Shown here: positions 54,393 through 64,000 of the stretch, one piece after another
Numbering within the stretch: the stretch's first letter is position 1
How the letters are laid out: the number at the start of each line of letters is the position of its first letter
Source of the DNA: Proteromonas lacertae
Lineage: Eukaryota
Length of the DNA: 64,000 bases
NCBI GenBank assembly: GCA_002245135.1
Contig: NGBS01000596.1
Location: forward strand, 1-64,000
Direction of reading: 5' to 3'
Program-made: the position numbers and the translations under genes
The notes under the pieces: model-generated
Databases searched by the model: none
What the model saw: the letters and a program-made list of their open reading frames with translations, nothing else
What the model was told of the DNA's origin: nothing

Positions 54393-55437
54393 TTATAAAA
54401 CTAAACTATAAAAATTCTCAATAATCACTAAAGCAATAACCACAGCAACAATTTTCCTTGTTTTATATTCAGTACCATAACTACCTCTTCCAAACTGAAT
54501 ATATCTTTTCAACTTCCTTGTTAAATACTCACCAATCATGAAAGTAACAAAACCAAATATTGCATCTAGTATATAATGATTGGCTGTTACGATTATTACA
54601 AATAGAGTGTAGATTGGATGAAGAGAGATTAACATCTTTAAGTATGTTTTGTTTGAACATAAAGGATATAAAGAATAAAAACACCATAAACTCCATCCAA
54701 AATGCAATGAAGGCATTGCTGCATAATAATTACTTCGATCTGCCATTCTCTTACTTTTCCAATTCAAAGGACCACCAAATATTTCTAAACTATCAATAAA
54801 TCCATAATTCTTATCACATCCACCATAATGATTATCACAAACATTCAATAATCGAGGAGGCATTAATGGATATATTATAAATCCCATCAAACCTGTTACA
54901 GTCATCAACATAAAACTGTTTCGTCTCTTTTGATAATATCGAGGAAATAGAAAGAATAATATAATGATTATTCCAAATGTAATAACACTATGACCAAATA
55001 CATAATAAATATTAAAATATTTCATCAAAGTTGGATATTTCACAAAATAATTCTATTATCAATTATTATTATTAATAATAATATACTTGAATATTTAGTT
55101 CAACAAAGAAATGAAATATTTTTTCAAGATTAATAACCTTCACAGCATTTTGATGAGCATATTCAGCAGAAACTGCTTCAGATCCGAAACAATTCCTTAC
55201 AAAAGAATATCTAAACTATAAATTCTACACAATAATACAAAAAGTAAAATCCTCTTACAACAATAATCTCTACTATTCCTTGATAAAGAAGTTTCTTATC
55301 AAGATGTAATGGTTCATAATATTTATGCCAAGAAAAAGACTTCTTTTCAAACATTTGAATATCATCAGGGTTTATATTTGAATAAGGGATTTGGGTATAC
55401 TTTTTATTCTACACAATGAGTAGATTAAACCTACCAT
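54393..55437 (-). CDS. PAP2_3 / Aur1-Ipt1-like membrane protein, copy 2 (intact)
   Basis: Same motifs as copy 1. Three mini-introns, the first directly after the ATG. Confidence 0.85.
54529..55194 (-). repeat. Right arm of the ~666-bp inverted repeat
   Basis: Reverse complement of 49858-50524. Confidence 0.92.
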
Positions 55438-55576
55438 ATCACAATTATTCGCTTGACTGTATGAGAATAATGATTGAATTTGTCTATTGAATCAAGCTGT
55501 GATTTGATTACAAGTTAAATAAGGTTTTTATACTAAATAAGCCCAATCGCATATAAATTAATCTTTTCTTAATAAC

Positions 55577-56116
55577 ATGTGGTCCCTTTTATTAGATGCT
55601 TCATTATGCCCACCCAGTGCACCATTCTTTGGTTTCATGGGCATTACAGCTGCAATCGTTTTTGCTAGTATAATTATTGTCTCCTAATCTCTAGACTTTG
55701 GAGGTGCATATGGTACAGCTAAAGCCGGTATTGGTATTGCCAGTATGGGTGTTTTCAGACCAGAAATTGTCATGAAAAATATGATTCCAGTCATTATGTC
55801 TGGTATTTTGGGTATCTATGGTTTGATTGTTTCAGTCATTATTTTCAAAGGTGTTAAAAAGCCAGAAAAGGATGGCAGCAAATATTCATCATATGAAGCT
55901 TACGCACATCTTGGATCAGGTTTATCATGCGGATTGTCTTGTTTAGCTGCAGGTTTGTCATTAGGTATATGTGGTGATGCTGGTTGTCGAGCTATTGGCC
56001 AACAACAGAGTTTATTCATAAGTGTTTTACTTATGCTTATCTTTGGTGAAGCTTTAGCACTTTATGGTGTCATTGTAGCTATAGTTCTTGCCACTTCAAC
56101 AGTAGATGTCTGTTAA
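55577..56116 (+). CDS. V-type ATPase 16-kDa proteolipid subunit c
   Basis: [38 protein letters not shown] and [11 protein letters not shown] (conserved Glu). Confidence 0.95.
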
Positions 56117-56250
56117 ATAAATAATTGTTTTGATGCTGTTTATTTTATTTATACAACAAGAAAAATAAATACATAATATATGACTGTATATATACATTTA
56201 ATTAATTAATTACATTTTCTATCTATCTACAGTATAAACAACAATAACCA

Positions 56251-56919
56251 TTAAGCTGAACATTCTTCTCCATAACCGACTACTCTTCCACAGTTTCTAC
56301 ATCTATGAACTGGTTTCTGTAGTCCTGGAATACAAATCAGAAAGATAGCACACCATATAAAACATATACACAGGAATAAAGTGATAATTAATCTATATAT
56401 ATAGATAAATAGATTTTAATATACAACATAGGTCCAATTTCATGATCTACAAGAGTTGGTCCATTTGTTTGACAATATGGACAATGAATCATTACTGAGC
56501 TATTTAAAAGGAAATATAATGTTTAAATATACAAATTACCGAATCTAACTGGTCCAGCAGATGCTACTGGTTGTGGTGCTTGTGTTTGGACAGGTTGAGC
56601 GATATAAATTGCCTGAGTAGGTCCACCATTAGCTGGTTGTGCATAAACGATTTGTTGACCTGGAGCTACAGGAATACCTTGATATTGAGGTTGGTTTCCT
56701 GTTGCCATAGGGAATTGCGGTTGTGTGCCTAGTTGTTGCGCAGGAATAGCCACAGCTGTGCCTTGAGGTTGAGTTGCGTTAACTGCAGGAAATTGAGGTT
56801 CAGCTGGAGGCATATTCACAAATGTTCCTTGATTTTGATCACCCACAATATATTGGTTTTTATCTATATTTTAATAATAGAAATAAAATTATTAGCGATA
56901 TACTTGGTTGATTATTCAT
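56251..56919 (-). CDS. LITAF/CDIP1-domain protein
   Basis: P/Q-rich N-terminus, HCPYC, a hydrophobic Cys-rich segment and HRCRNC. Confidence 0.85.
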
Positions 56920-57021
56920 TTGACAAAAACTCGTAAATACTGATGTAAATTACAATTACACCGTCAAAAACACTTAAATCCATCTAGAATCTTCTAACAT
57001 TAAAATCATCTCAAAATCGCA

Positions 57022-58371
57022 ATGCTCTCAAAAGTTATAAGACCACAAGTTACACGCACATTAGCTCGCAACTTTGCTAGCATCCAAGCCTGTAAAGGTC
57101 GTATGGTTATTGATAGTAGAGGTAATCCAACAGTTGAAGTAGATATCAAGACAGAAAACGGTTTATTCACTGCTTCAGTTCCAAGTGGTGCATCAACTGG
57201 TATTCATGAAGCTCATGAATTAAGAGATGGTGGTAAAGCATGGATGGGAAAAGGTGTTAACAAAGCTGTACAAAATGTAAACAAAGTCATTGCTCCACAT
57301 ATCATTGGTATGGATCCAACAGCTCAAGAAGACGTAGATCAAATGATGATTACATTAGATGCCACTCCAAATAAATCAAAATTAGGTGCTAATGCCATTT
57401 TAGGTGTATCATTAGCTGTATCAAAAGCTGGTGCTGCTGCTAAGGGAGTTCCATTATATCAACATTATGCTGATTTAGCTGGTAAAGAAAAGGTTGTATT
57501 ACCAGTACCATCAATGAACGTAATTAACGGTGGTAAACATGCTGGAAATGGCTTAGCCTTCCAAGAATTCATGTTATTACCAACTGGTGCTAAATCATTC
57601 ACAGAATCATTACAAATGGGATGTGAAGTATATCACCACTTAAAGAGTGTAATTAAAGCTAAATACGGACAAGATGCTGTTAATGTTGGTGATGAAGGTG
57701 GTTTTGCTCCAAGCATTCAAGATAATAAAGAAGGTTTAGAATTATTAGCTACAGCTATTGAAAAGGCTGGATACACTGGTAAAGTAAAATTAGGTATGGA
57801 TTGTGCTTCATCTGAATTTTATGAAAATGGCAAATATAATTTAAATTTCAAAGGTAAAAAACCAATGTTGAAATCAAAAGAAGAAATGACAGAATTATAC
57901 AGCCAATTAGTAAGAGATTATCCAATTATCTCAATTGAAGATCCATTTGAGCAAGATGATTGGGATGCATATGCACAATTAGTTGCTAAGATTGGTAAAG
58001 GTACACAAATTGTAGGAGATGATTTATTAGTCACCAATCCAAAGAGAATTGAAACAGCTATTGAAAAGAAAGCTGCTAATGCTTTATTATTGAAAGTCAA
58101 CCAAATTGGTTCAATCTCTGAATCAATTGAAGCTTGCTTAAACTCACAAGGTGCTGGTTGGGGTGTTATGGTCAGTCATAGATCTGGTGAAACTGAAGAT
58201 AATTACATTGCTGATTTATCTGTAGGTTTAGCTAGTGGTGAAATTAAGACTGGTGCTCCATGCAGAAGTGAGAGATTGGCTAAATACAACCAATTATTAA
58301 GAATTGAAGAACACTTAGGTTCAAAAGCTATTTATGCTGGTGAAAACTTCAGAACTGCTGCTAATCTTTAA
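57022..58371 (+). CDS. ENO: Enolase, intronless, with a mitochondrial-type N-terminal extension
   Basis: [35 protein letters not shown] and SHRSGETED. Leader [19 protein letters not shown]. Confidence 0.98.
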   Translation: MLSKVIRPQVTRTLARNFASIQACKGRMVIDSRGNPTVEVDIKTENGLFTASVPSGASTGIHEAHELRDGGKAWMGKGVNKAVQNVNKVIAPHIIGMDPTAQEDVDQMMITLDATPNKSKLGANAILGVSLAVSKAGAAAKGVPLYQHYADLAGKEKVVLPVPSMNVINGGKHAGNGLAFQEFMLLPTGAKSFTESLQMGCEVYHHLKSVIKAKYGQDAVNVGDEGGFAPSIQDNKEGLELLATAIEKAGYTGKVKLGMDCASSEFYENGKYNLNFKGKKPMLKSKEEMTELYSQLVRDYPIISIEDPFEQDDWDAYAQLVAKIGKGTQIVGDDLLVTNPKRIETAIEKKAANALLLKVNQIGSISESIEACLNSQGAGWGVMVSHRSGETEDNYIADLSVGLASGEIKTGAPCRSERLAKYNQLLRIEEHLGSKAIYAGENFRTAANL

Positions 58372-58468
58372 ATTATTGACTTTGGAAAGTGATATAGAAT
58401 AATAATTATTTTGTAATTTTGGGATTTATTAAAGAAACAAAAAAACATATCACGATTTATAAATTAGA

Positions 58469-60250
58469 TTATTGTTCGAAAATTGATAAAGGTTCATATT
58501 TAGGGAATTTGTGCAAATAGATCATATTCTTTAAATCTGGAAATAATTCATCCCATTCAACCACTCTTTTCTCTTTAATTTTTGCATTATAAAACATAGA
58601 CATATCATATTTATTGGACACTATTATTGATTTGTTTTCTAAAGATTTTCTTATTTCTTTGTATTGAATTTCATCATGAAATACATTCTTCATTATCAAA
58701 GCTATTTTATATACAAAATATCTCAAATTATTCACTTCATTGAATGGTATACACAAATCTAATAGTCTCTGTTTATCACCAGCTTCAATACACTTCAATA
58801 ATATGTTTTTATCAATGTAATTATCTAATTCTAACTTCAAAACTTGATTCATTGAATGTGAATATCCCCAATTGATAATTGCTTGAATATATACTTTATT
58901 TTGATATAATAACACTGCTAAAACATAGTGATTTACATAATCAGGATATTTTCTAGTTTCATGTTCTTCTCCTATCTCTTTCACTATATCAATAACAGAA
59001 GAATAATCAAACTTCAATAGTGTTTGAATAAAAATTGGTGATTTTAAGAACCATCTCTTATATCTTGTTTCTTTCAACATATTATATGCTTCTAATATAT
59101 TATTATAATAGCCACAACAATATAAATGATCTAAAGCAGTACTTAATTCAGCTCTTTCATAAAATCCATTTGGAAAACTCATAAACAATGAATAACCATA
59201 TGATGATGGAAACATCATTATTGCAGCTGCTATTTGAGATGTTATTCCTTTTAATTTACGATTCACATTAGAAATTTCCATAATTTTCTTCATTTGTTGT
59301 GTTTTCATGTAAAATATGTATAATAATGGAAATGTATACATAAAGAAATCTTCTCTTTCTATTTTTATATTTCTTCTTGGTTGTGGTAAGTCTGAGTGTA
59401 AAACATCAATATATTCTTGAGTAAGTTTATAATCTTCTGTTCTAATTGCAGTTAATATGAAATATCTTAAGAATTTGTACTGTACACAATATGGATGAAA
59501 TTGTAATATGATTTTTAACTCATTTTTAATTTCTGAATATTTCTTTAAATTGTATAATATCTTTAACCCTGGATATAAGAATAAATCATAATCATTTCCA
59601 TGATGTTTCTTCCATATCTTATATCCTTCTTCATACATTTCATTTGTATAATCTTTAGTGTTTGTTAATGTTTCTAATACATTATATATGCTTTTTACTG
59701 TTAGATTTGATTGATTTTCTTCAGTTATATGTTTGTATAATTTTAGACTATTTTCAAAGTCATTTTTAAAAGTATAATAAATAAACATTGGTTCATGATA
59801 TGCTGGAATATCTATATACAAATCTCGTGTTTCTTTATATAATTTCATTAATTCCTCTGTTTTGTCTTTTAGTATATAATATGATATTAGAAGTGAGTGT
59901 GTTTGACAATTAGGTGTTAGTTTGTTTTCCTTAATTTCTTCATAAACATGTTCGAATTTATCATAGTTCTTTGTTATTAGGTAAGCTTGTAGTACTTTAT
60001 TATATTCTTTTATTCCCATATTGCAGTTATGATACTGCATTTGATTGTAGTTTTGAATAATGGCATTATATTTTCCTTTCTTTTCATTCTTTTCCATTGT
60101 TGCAGCATAATAAATAGTATCATCTAGAAATTTCTTTGGTTTATACTCACTGTATCCTTCCTGTTTAACAATTTCACTTAAATTCCTAATTATTACATTT
60201 TTATTAGAGTAATAAAATTGTTTTGAAGATTTGATTATCAATTTAATCAT
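58469..60250 (-). CDS. PPR-like repeat protein, probably organelle-targeted
   Basis: YNKVLQAY..FEHVYEEIKENKLTPNCQTHSLLISYY fits the PPR pattern. Basic presequence-like N-terminus; intronless. Confidence 0.65.
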   Translation of the reverse strand: MIKLIIKSSKQFYYSNKNVIIRNLSEIVKQEGYSEYKPKKFLDDTIYYAATMEKNEKKGKYNAIIQNYNQMQYHNCNMGIKEYNKVLQAYLITKNYDKFEHVYEEIKENKLTPNCQTHSLLISYYILKDKTEELMKLYKETRDLYIDIPAYHEPMFIYYTFKNDFENSLKLYKHITEENQSNLTVKSIYNVLETLTNTKDYTNEMYEEGYKIWKKHHGNDYDLFLYPGLKILYNLKKYSEIKNELKIILQFHPYCVQYKFLRYFILTAIRTEDYKLTQEYIDVLHSDLPQPRRNIKIEREDFFMYTFPLLYIFYMKTQQMKKIMEISNVNRKLKGITSQIAAAIMMFPSSYGYSLFMSFPNGFYERAELSTALDHLYCCGYYNNILEAYNMLKETRYKRWFLKSPIFIQTLLKFDYSSVIDIVKEIGEEHETRKYPDYVNHYVLAVLLYQNKVYIQAIINWGYSHSMNQVLKLELDNYIDKNILLKCIEAGDKQRLLDLCIPFNEVNNLRYFVYKIALIMKNVFHDEIQYKEIRKSLENKSIIVSNKYDMSMFYNAKIKEKRVVEWDELFPDLKNMIYLHKFPKYEPLSIFEQ

Positions 60251-60338
60251 AACAAAGAGAGAAAAATCGAAATAAATAATATCAAACCTGTTTGTGCATT
60301 GTAGAATCAAATTTAACACCTATATTTTTGATCATTCA

Positions 60339-62635
60339 ATGACTTCAGCTTTACCGCCGTATTGCCACAATATTTTATGATTCAATAGAAATATTCAGAT
60401 CTCTGGAGATCTTACCGAAACAATGAAAGTGACACCGTTTGGAGCAGGAGCAGAAGTTGGTAGATCGTGTATATTATTGGAATATCAAGGCATGAGAGTG
60501 TTATTAGATTGCGGTGTACATCCAGGGTATTTTATTTTATTTATGTCATAATAGAAGGAAAGGCTTAGATGCACTTCCTTTATTGAAAGATATAGAGAAT
60601 TTAGAAACTATTGATTTAGTTTTAGTCACTCATTTCCATTTGGATCATGCAGCTGCATTACCATACTTAACTGAACATACTTCATTCAAAGGAGCAATAT
60701 ACATGACTTATCCAACAAAAGCAGTAATGCAAATGATTCTAAAGGATTACATAAGAGTTAGTACAGGAGAAGAAGAATTGTATAATGCAACTGATTTAAA
60801 GCACTGTTGTGATAAAATTCAAGGATTAGATTTTCATCAAGTATTATAATTTATTCACTATTTTATTTATTATTAATTTGAATAGGAAATTGACTATCAT
60901 GGAATTAAATTCCAAGCCTACCAAGCTGGTCATGTAATAGGAGCAGCTATGTTCTGTATAGACATAGCTGGTACAAGAATCCTCTACACTGGAGACTATT
61001 CACGTGAAGAAGATCGACATTTAATGGCAGCTGAGTTACCCAGTCTGAGACCAGAAGTATTAATAGTCGAAAGTACATATGGTACACAGACACATCAACC
61101 TCGAATAGAGAGAGAAAAAACCTTTATAGATTTCGTTACAACCATTGTAACTCGTGGAGGCAGATGTCTAGTTCCAATATTCGCATTAGGCAGAGCTCAG
61201 GAGTTGTTATTGATATTAGATGAATATTGGGAAAATCATCCTGCTTTACAACATATTCCAATCTACTATGCATCTCAGTTGGTGAACAAAGCGATTAGAA
61301 TATTTCAAATATCTGTAAATATGATGAATGATAAAATTAAAAGACAAACACAGACAAGAAATCCATTCTTTTTTACATACATTTCTAATCTTACTTCTCT
61401 AGATGTATATATATATGAATATATATGTTATTTAATAAATTATATAGAATTTTGAAGATCCAGGTCCATGTGTTGTATTATCCAGTCCAGGAATGTTACA
61501 AAGTGGAATAAGTCGAACCTTGTTCGAACGATGGTGTGGTGAACCAAAAAATGGAGTAATTTTACCGGGTTACTGTGTAGAAGGGACATTAGCGAAAGAA
61601 TTACTATCCAATTCAAATGCTACAGAAGTAGAAGCAATGAATGGAACGAGAATAGCACGAAAATGTTCAATTCATTATATATCATTCTCTGCTCATAGTG
61701 ATTATCCTGGAACTAGAGATTATATAAAGACATTAGCACCACCACATGTTGTATTAGTACACGGTGAAAAGAATCAGATGTTATCGTTAAAGAAACAGTT
61801 AGAAATTGACTTTGTAGTGAGAAAACAAAAGAGTCTATTGAATGTCTATAATCCTGTGAATTGTAGCGCTGTTAGTATCAGTTGTTGTACTGCAAAATCA
61901 GTTAAATTAGTTGGTAAAATAGCTGATAGAATTATTAAACCAAATAGTACATTAGATGGTGTATTAATATATAAAGATTATTCACACTTATTAGTAGATG
62001 CAAGTGAAATAACCAATTATACACAATTGCCAACTTATCGATTATTTCAAAAACAGTCTATTCCATTTAATAGTAATTTTGATTTATTATGTACATTTCT
62101 GGAAGCTGCATTTGACCATGTTGATCGTAAAACAGAAGGTGGAAGACCTACTGTACAAATAGAAAATAAAGCTGTTGAAGTATGTTACTTATTAAAAGAT
62201 TCAAAGATACAAATTGAATGGACAAGTTCTCCTGTGAATGATATGATTGTAGATTCAGTAGTTACCATTATCATGCAAACTCAATACAGTCCTGCTTCAG
62301 TAAGATTATCAGCCTTACCACTATTAACAGGGAATAACAACAATAAAACTGATATAAAAGTTGATGTAAATCAACAAAAGAAAATAGCTGAAGATGCATT
62401 GCATCAGAGTGTTTTGAATTTATTAATTGCTGAGTATGGTGATGCCTTTTATAATGAAGAAGAACATTACTATGAAGTTGATAATGGAAGGTATATTTTG
62501 AATTTAGATGCCAATGCTGTTGTTAGAAGAGAAGAAATGGATGAAGATCCTGTTTATATAAGACTATTACACACTAAGGATAGATTGATGCTTTTAACTA
62601 AACCATTTGGATTTGATAATCCAGTTTCATTGTAG
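60339..62635 (+). CDS. CPSF3: Cleavage and polyadenylation specificity factor 73-kDa endonuclease (CPSF73/Ysh1)
   Basis: [56 protein letters not shown] and C-terminal NDMIVDSV. Confidence 0.95.
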
Positions 62636-62895
62636 AATATGTCTTTTTATTTTTCTTATATATGATTACGTAATGTTTGTTGGGATGATTTTGTATTATA
62701 TTTTGTATTTTATTTTATATTTTATTTTGAAAAGTATGTTTATCAAACAAAAGCTTGTTCAAAATAGAATACTATTGATAAGTCTAAATTTTTAACCAAT
62801 AATATTGAAGATTATTCAACCAATAAGATTTCACTAAATCACTTCAAAAAAACTTCTTTCGTTTTCTTCATTATTAATTCACTTTCATTGCGCAA

Positions 62896-64000
62896 ATGTC
62901 TTTATCAGATATGTGGAAGTATTATATTATCATTATATACTATTATTACACAGTTATGGTACTGATGCTTGTTGGATTTTACAATCAAATGGCAACAAGA
63001 CTTGCAAAACCCTTGCAGATAAACTTGATGAATGGAGTAAGATCGAAAATGACTATGCTAAGAAACTAGCAGCATTCAAAAAAAGTGTCACAGAAGATAA
63101 GGTGTATGCAACAACTTTAGTAATTTTTTTATTAGATTTTCTGAAGTCCCTGGATCAACTTTAGGTGATGGCCTTGTACAGTATATCATCTATTGGTTTA
63201 ATTGACTTAGATTATTCTCAAGTTTAGCAATTGAGATTGAAAGGCATACAAGCTTCTCAAAGAAGCTTGAAGGAACCAGTACAGATTTAACTAAATGGCG
63301 TAAGATAGAGAATTCCAAAAATAAAGAGTATCAACACTAGTATTTTATATAATTTAGACAACTTGCTAAAGCAGACAAGATCATGAAGGAATTCCAAAAT
63401 CTGAAAGCAAAATTCCTTAAAACACAACAATCAGTTGAAAAAGCAGGAAAGTCATTAGAACATTACATTGATAGAAAAGATAGTGGAGAAGGAGCATTAA
63501 TAGCATCAAAATTAGAAGAAGCTAAAACAAAATTTCTTAAAATTGAAGAATCTTACTATGAAGATTACGATTCTGCTCAAAAACAATTACTAGATCATAA
63601 ACCAGCATTAGAAGAAATAATGAAATACATGGAAGGATTTGAACAAGAAAGAATTGCACATTTAAAAGAAATCTTAGACAATCTAATGGATGAAAGAATA
63701 AACAATTCAAATAACATTGCTAAAGCCTTAACAGGTGTAAAGAAATTAATAAATTGTGTGAATGTTCAAATGGATATAAACAATTTCCTCTCACAATGTA
63801 AGAACCCTGAGCCATTTGTCACTATCAACACTCGTTCACAATTAATACAATCTGAAATAAATGCACCACCTTCTATTCATCAAAGTGGTAGTAGTAATCG
63901 TGATATTTTAAGAAATAATGTAGCTCCTTTAGCAATGATGATGGCTATATCTGATATTAGGAATAATAATGCAACTAGTAGCAGTAGTGGTGCAGCATCT
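62896..64000 (+). CDS. F-BAR (FCH) domain protein, 3' truncated by the window edge
   Basis: SKIENDYAKKL and FEQERIAHLKEIL helical pattern typical of F-BAR domains. Confidence 0.72.

Noticed and set aside
1..64000. Alternative genetic code (stop-codon reassignment) as the cause of fragmented ORFs
   Set aside because: In-frame stops fall inside GT-AG mini-introns. TAA, TAG and TGA all end genes, and long intronless ORFs read normally.
1..64000. CRISPR arrays, tRNA/rRNA genes, prokaryotic operons
   Set aside because: No repeat-spacer array, cloverleaf or rDNA was seen, and the gene structure is eukaryotic.

Overview
This is a gene-dense, very AT-rich eukaryotic (protist) nuclear window. It holds about 32 protein-coding genes, broken by many tiny GT-AG introns (mostly about 25-40 nt, starting GTAT). 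The tiny introns, TGTTTGTT motifs after several stop codons and an enolase with a mitochondrial-type presequence suggest a Blastocystis-like stramenopile (inference). Housekeeping genes include TMEM41, TTC38, two kinesins, ZC3H15/Tma46, UCH-L, Cdc14-like, a gelsolin-repeat DSP, adenylyl cyclase, SRP72, SMC5-like, katanin p80, V-ATPase c, LITAF, enolase, CPSF73 and an F-BAR protein. The notable accessory content is: (1) a complete pogo-type DNA transposon (27387-29780) with TIRs, TA duplication, intact DD33D triad and a host-type intron; (2) two paralogous pseudokinase / His-Cys linker / LRR genes, one directly against the transposon; (3) two convergent PAP2/Aur1-like genes sharing a near-identical ~666-bp inverted core with different ends, an arrangement in which inversion would swap C-termini; (4) a recurrent G(C/T)TTGA motif near gene starts; (5) a candidate structured RNA near 53.1 kb. 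Scattered 1-bp frameshifts, mostly in homopolymers, look like assembly errors. Gene boundaries were spliced by eye and family calls rest on motif recognition, not database searches.
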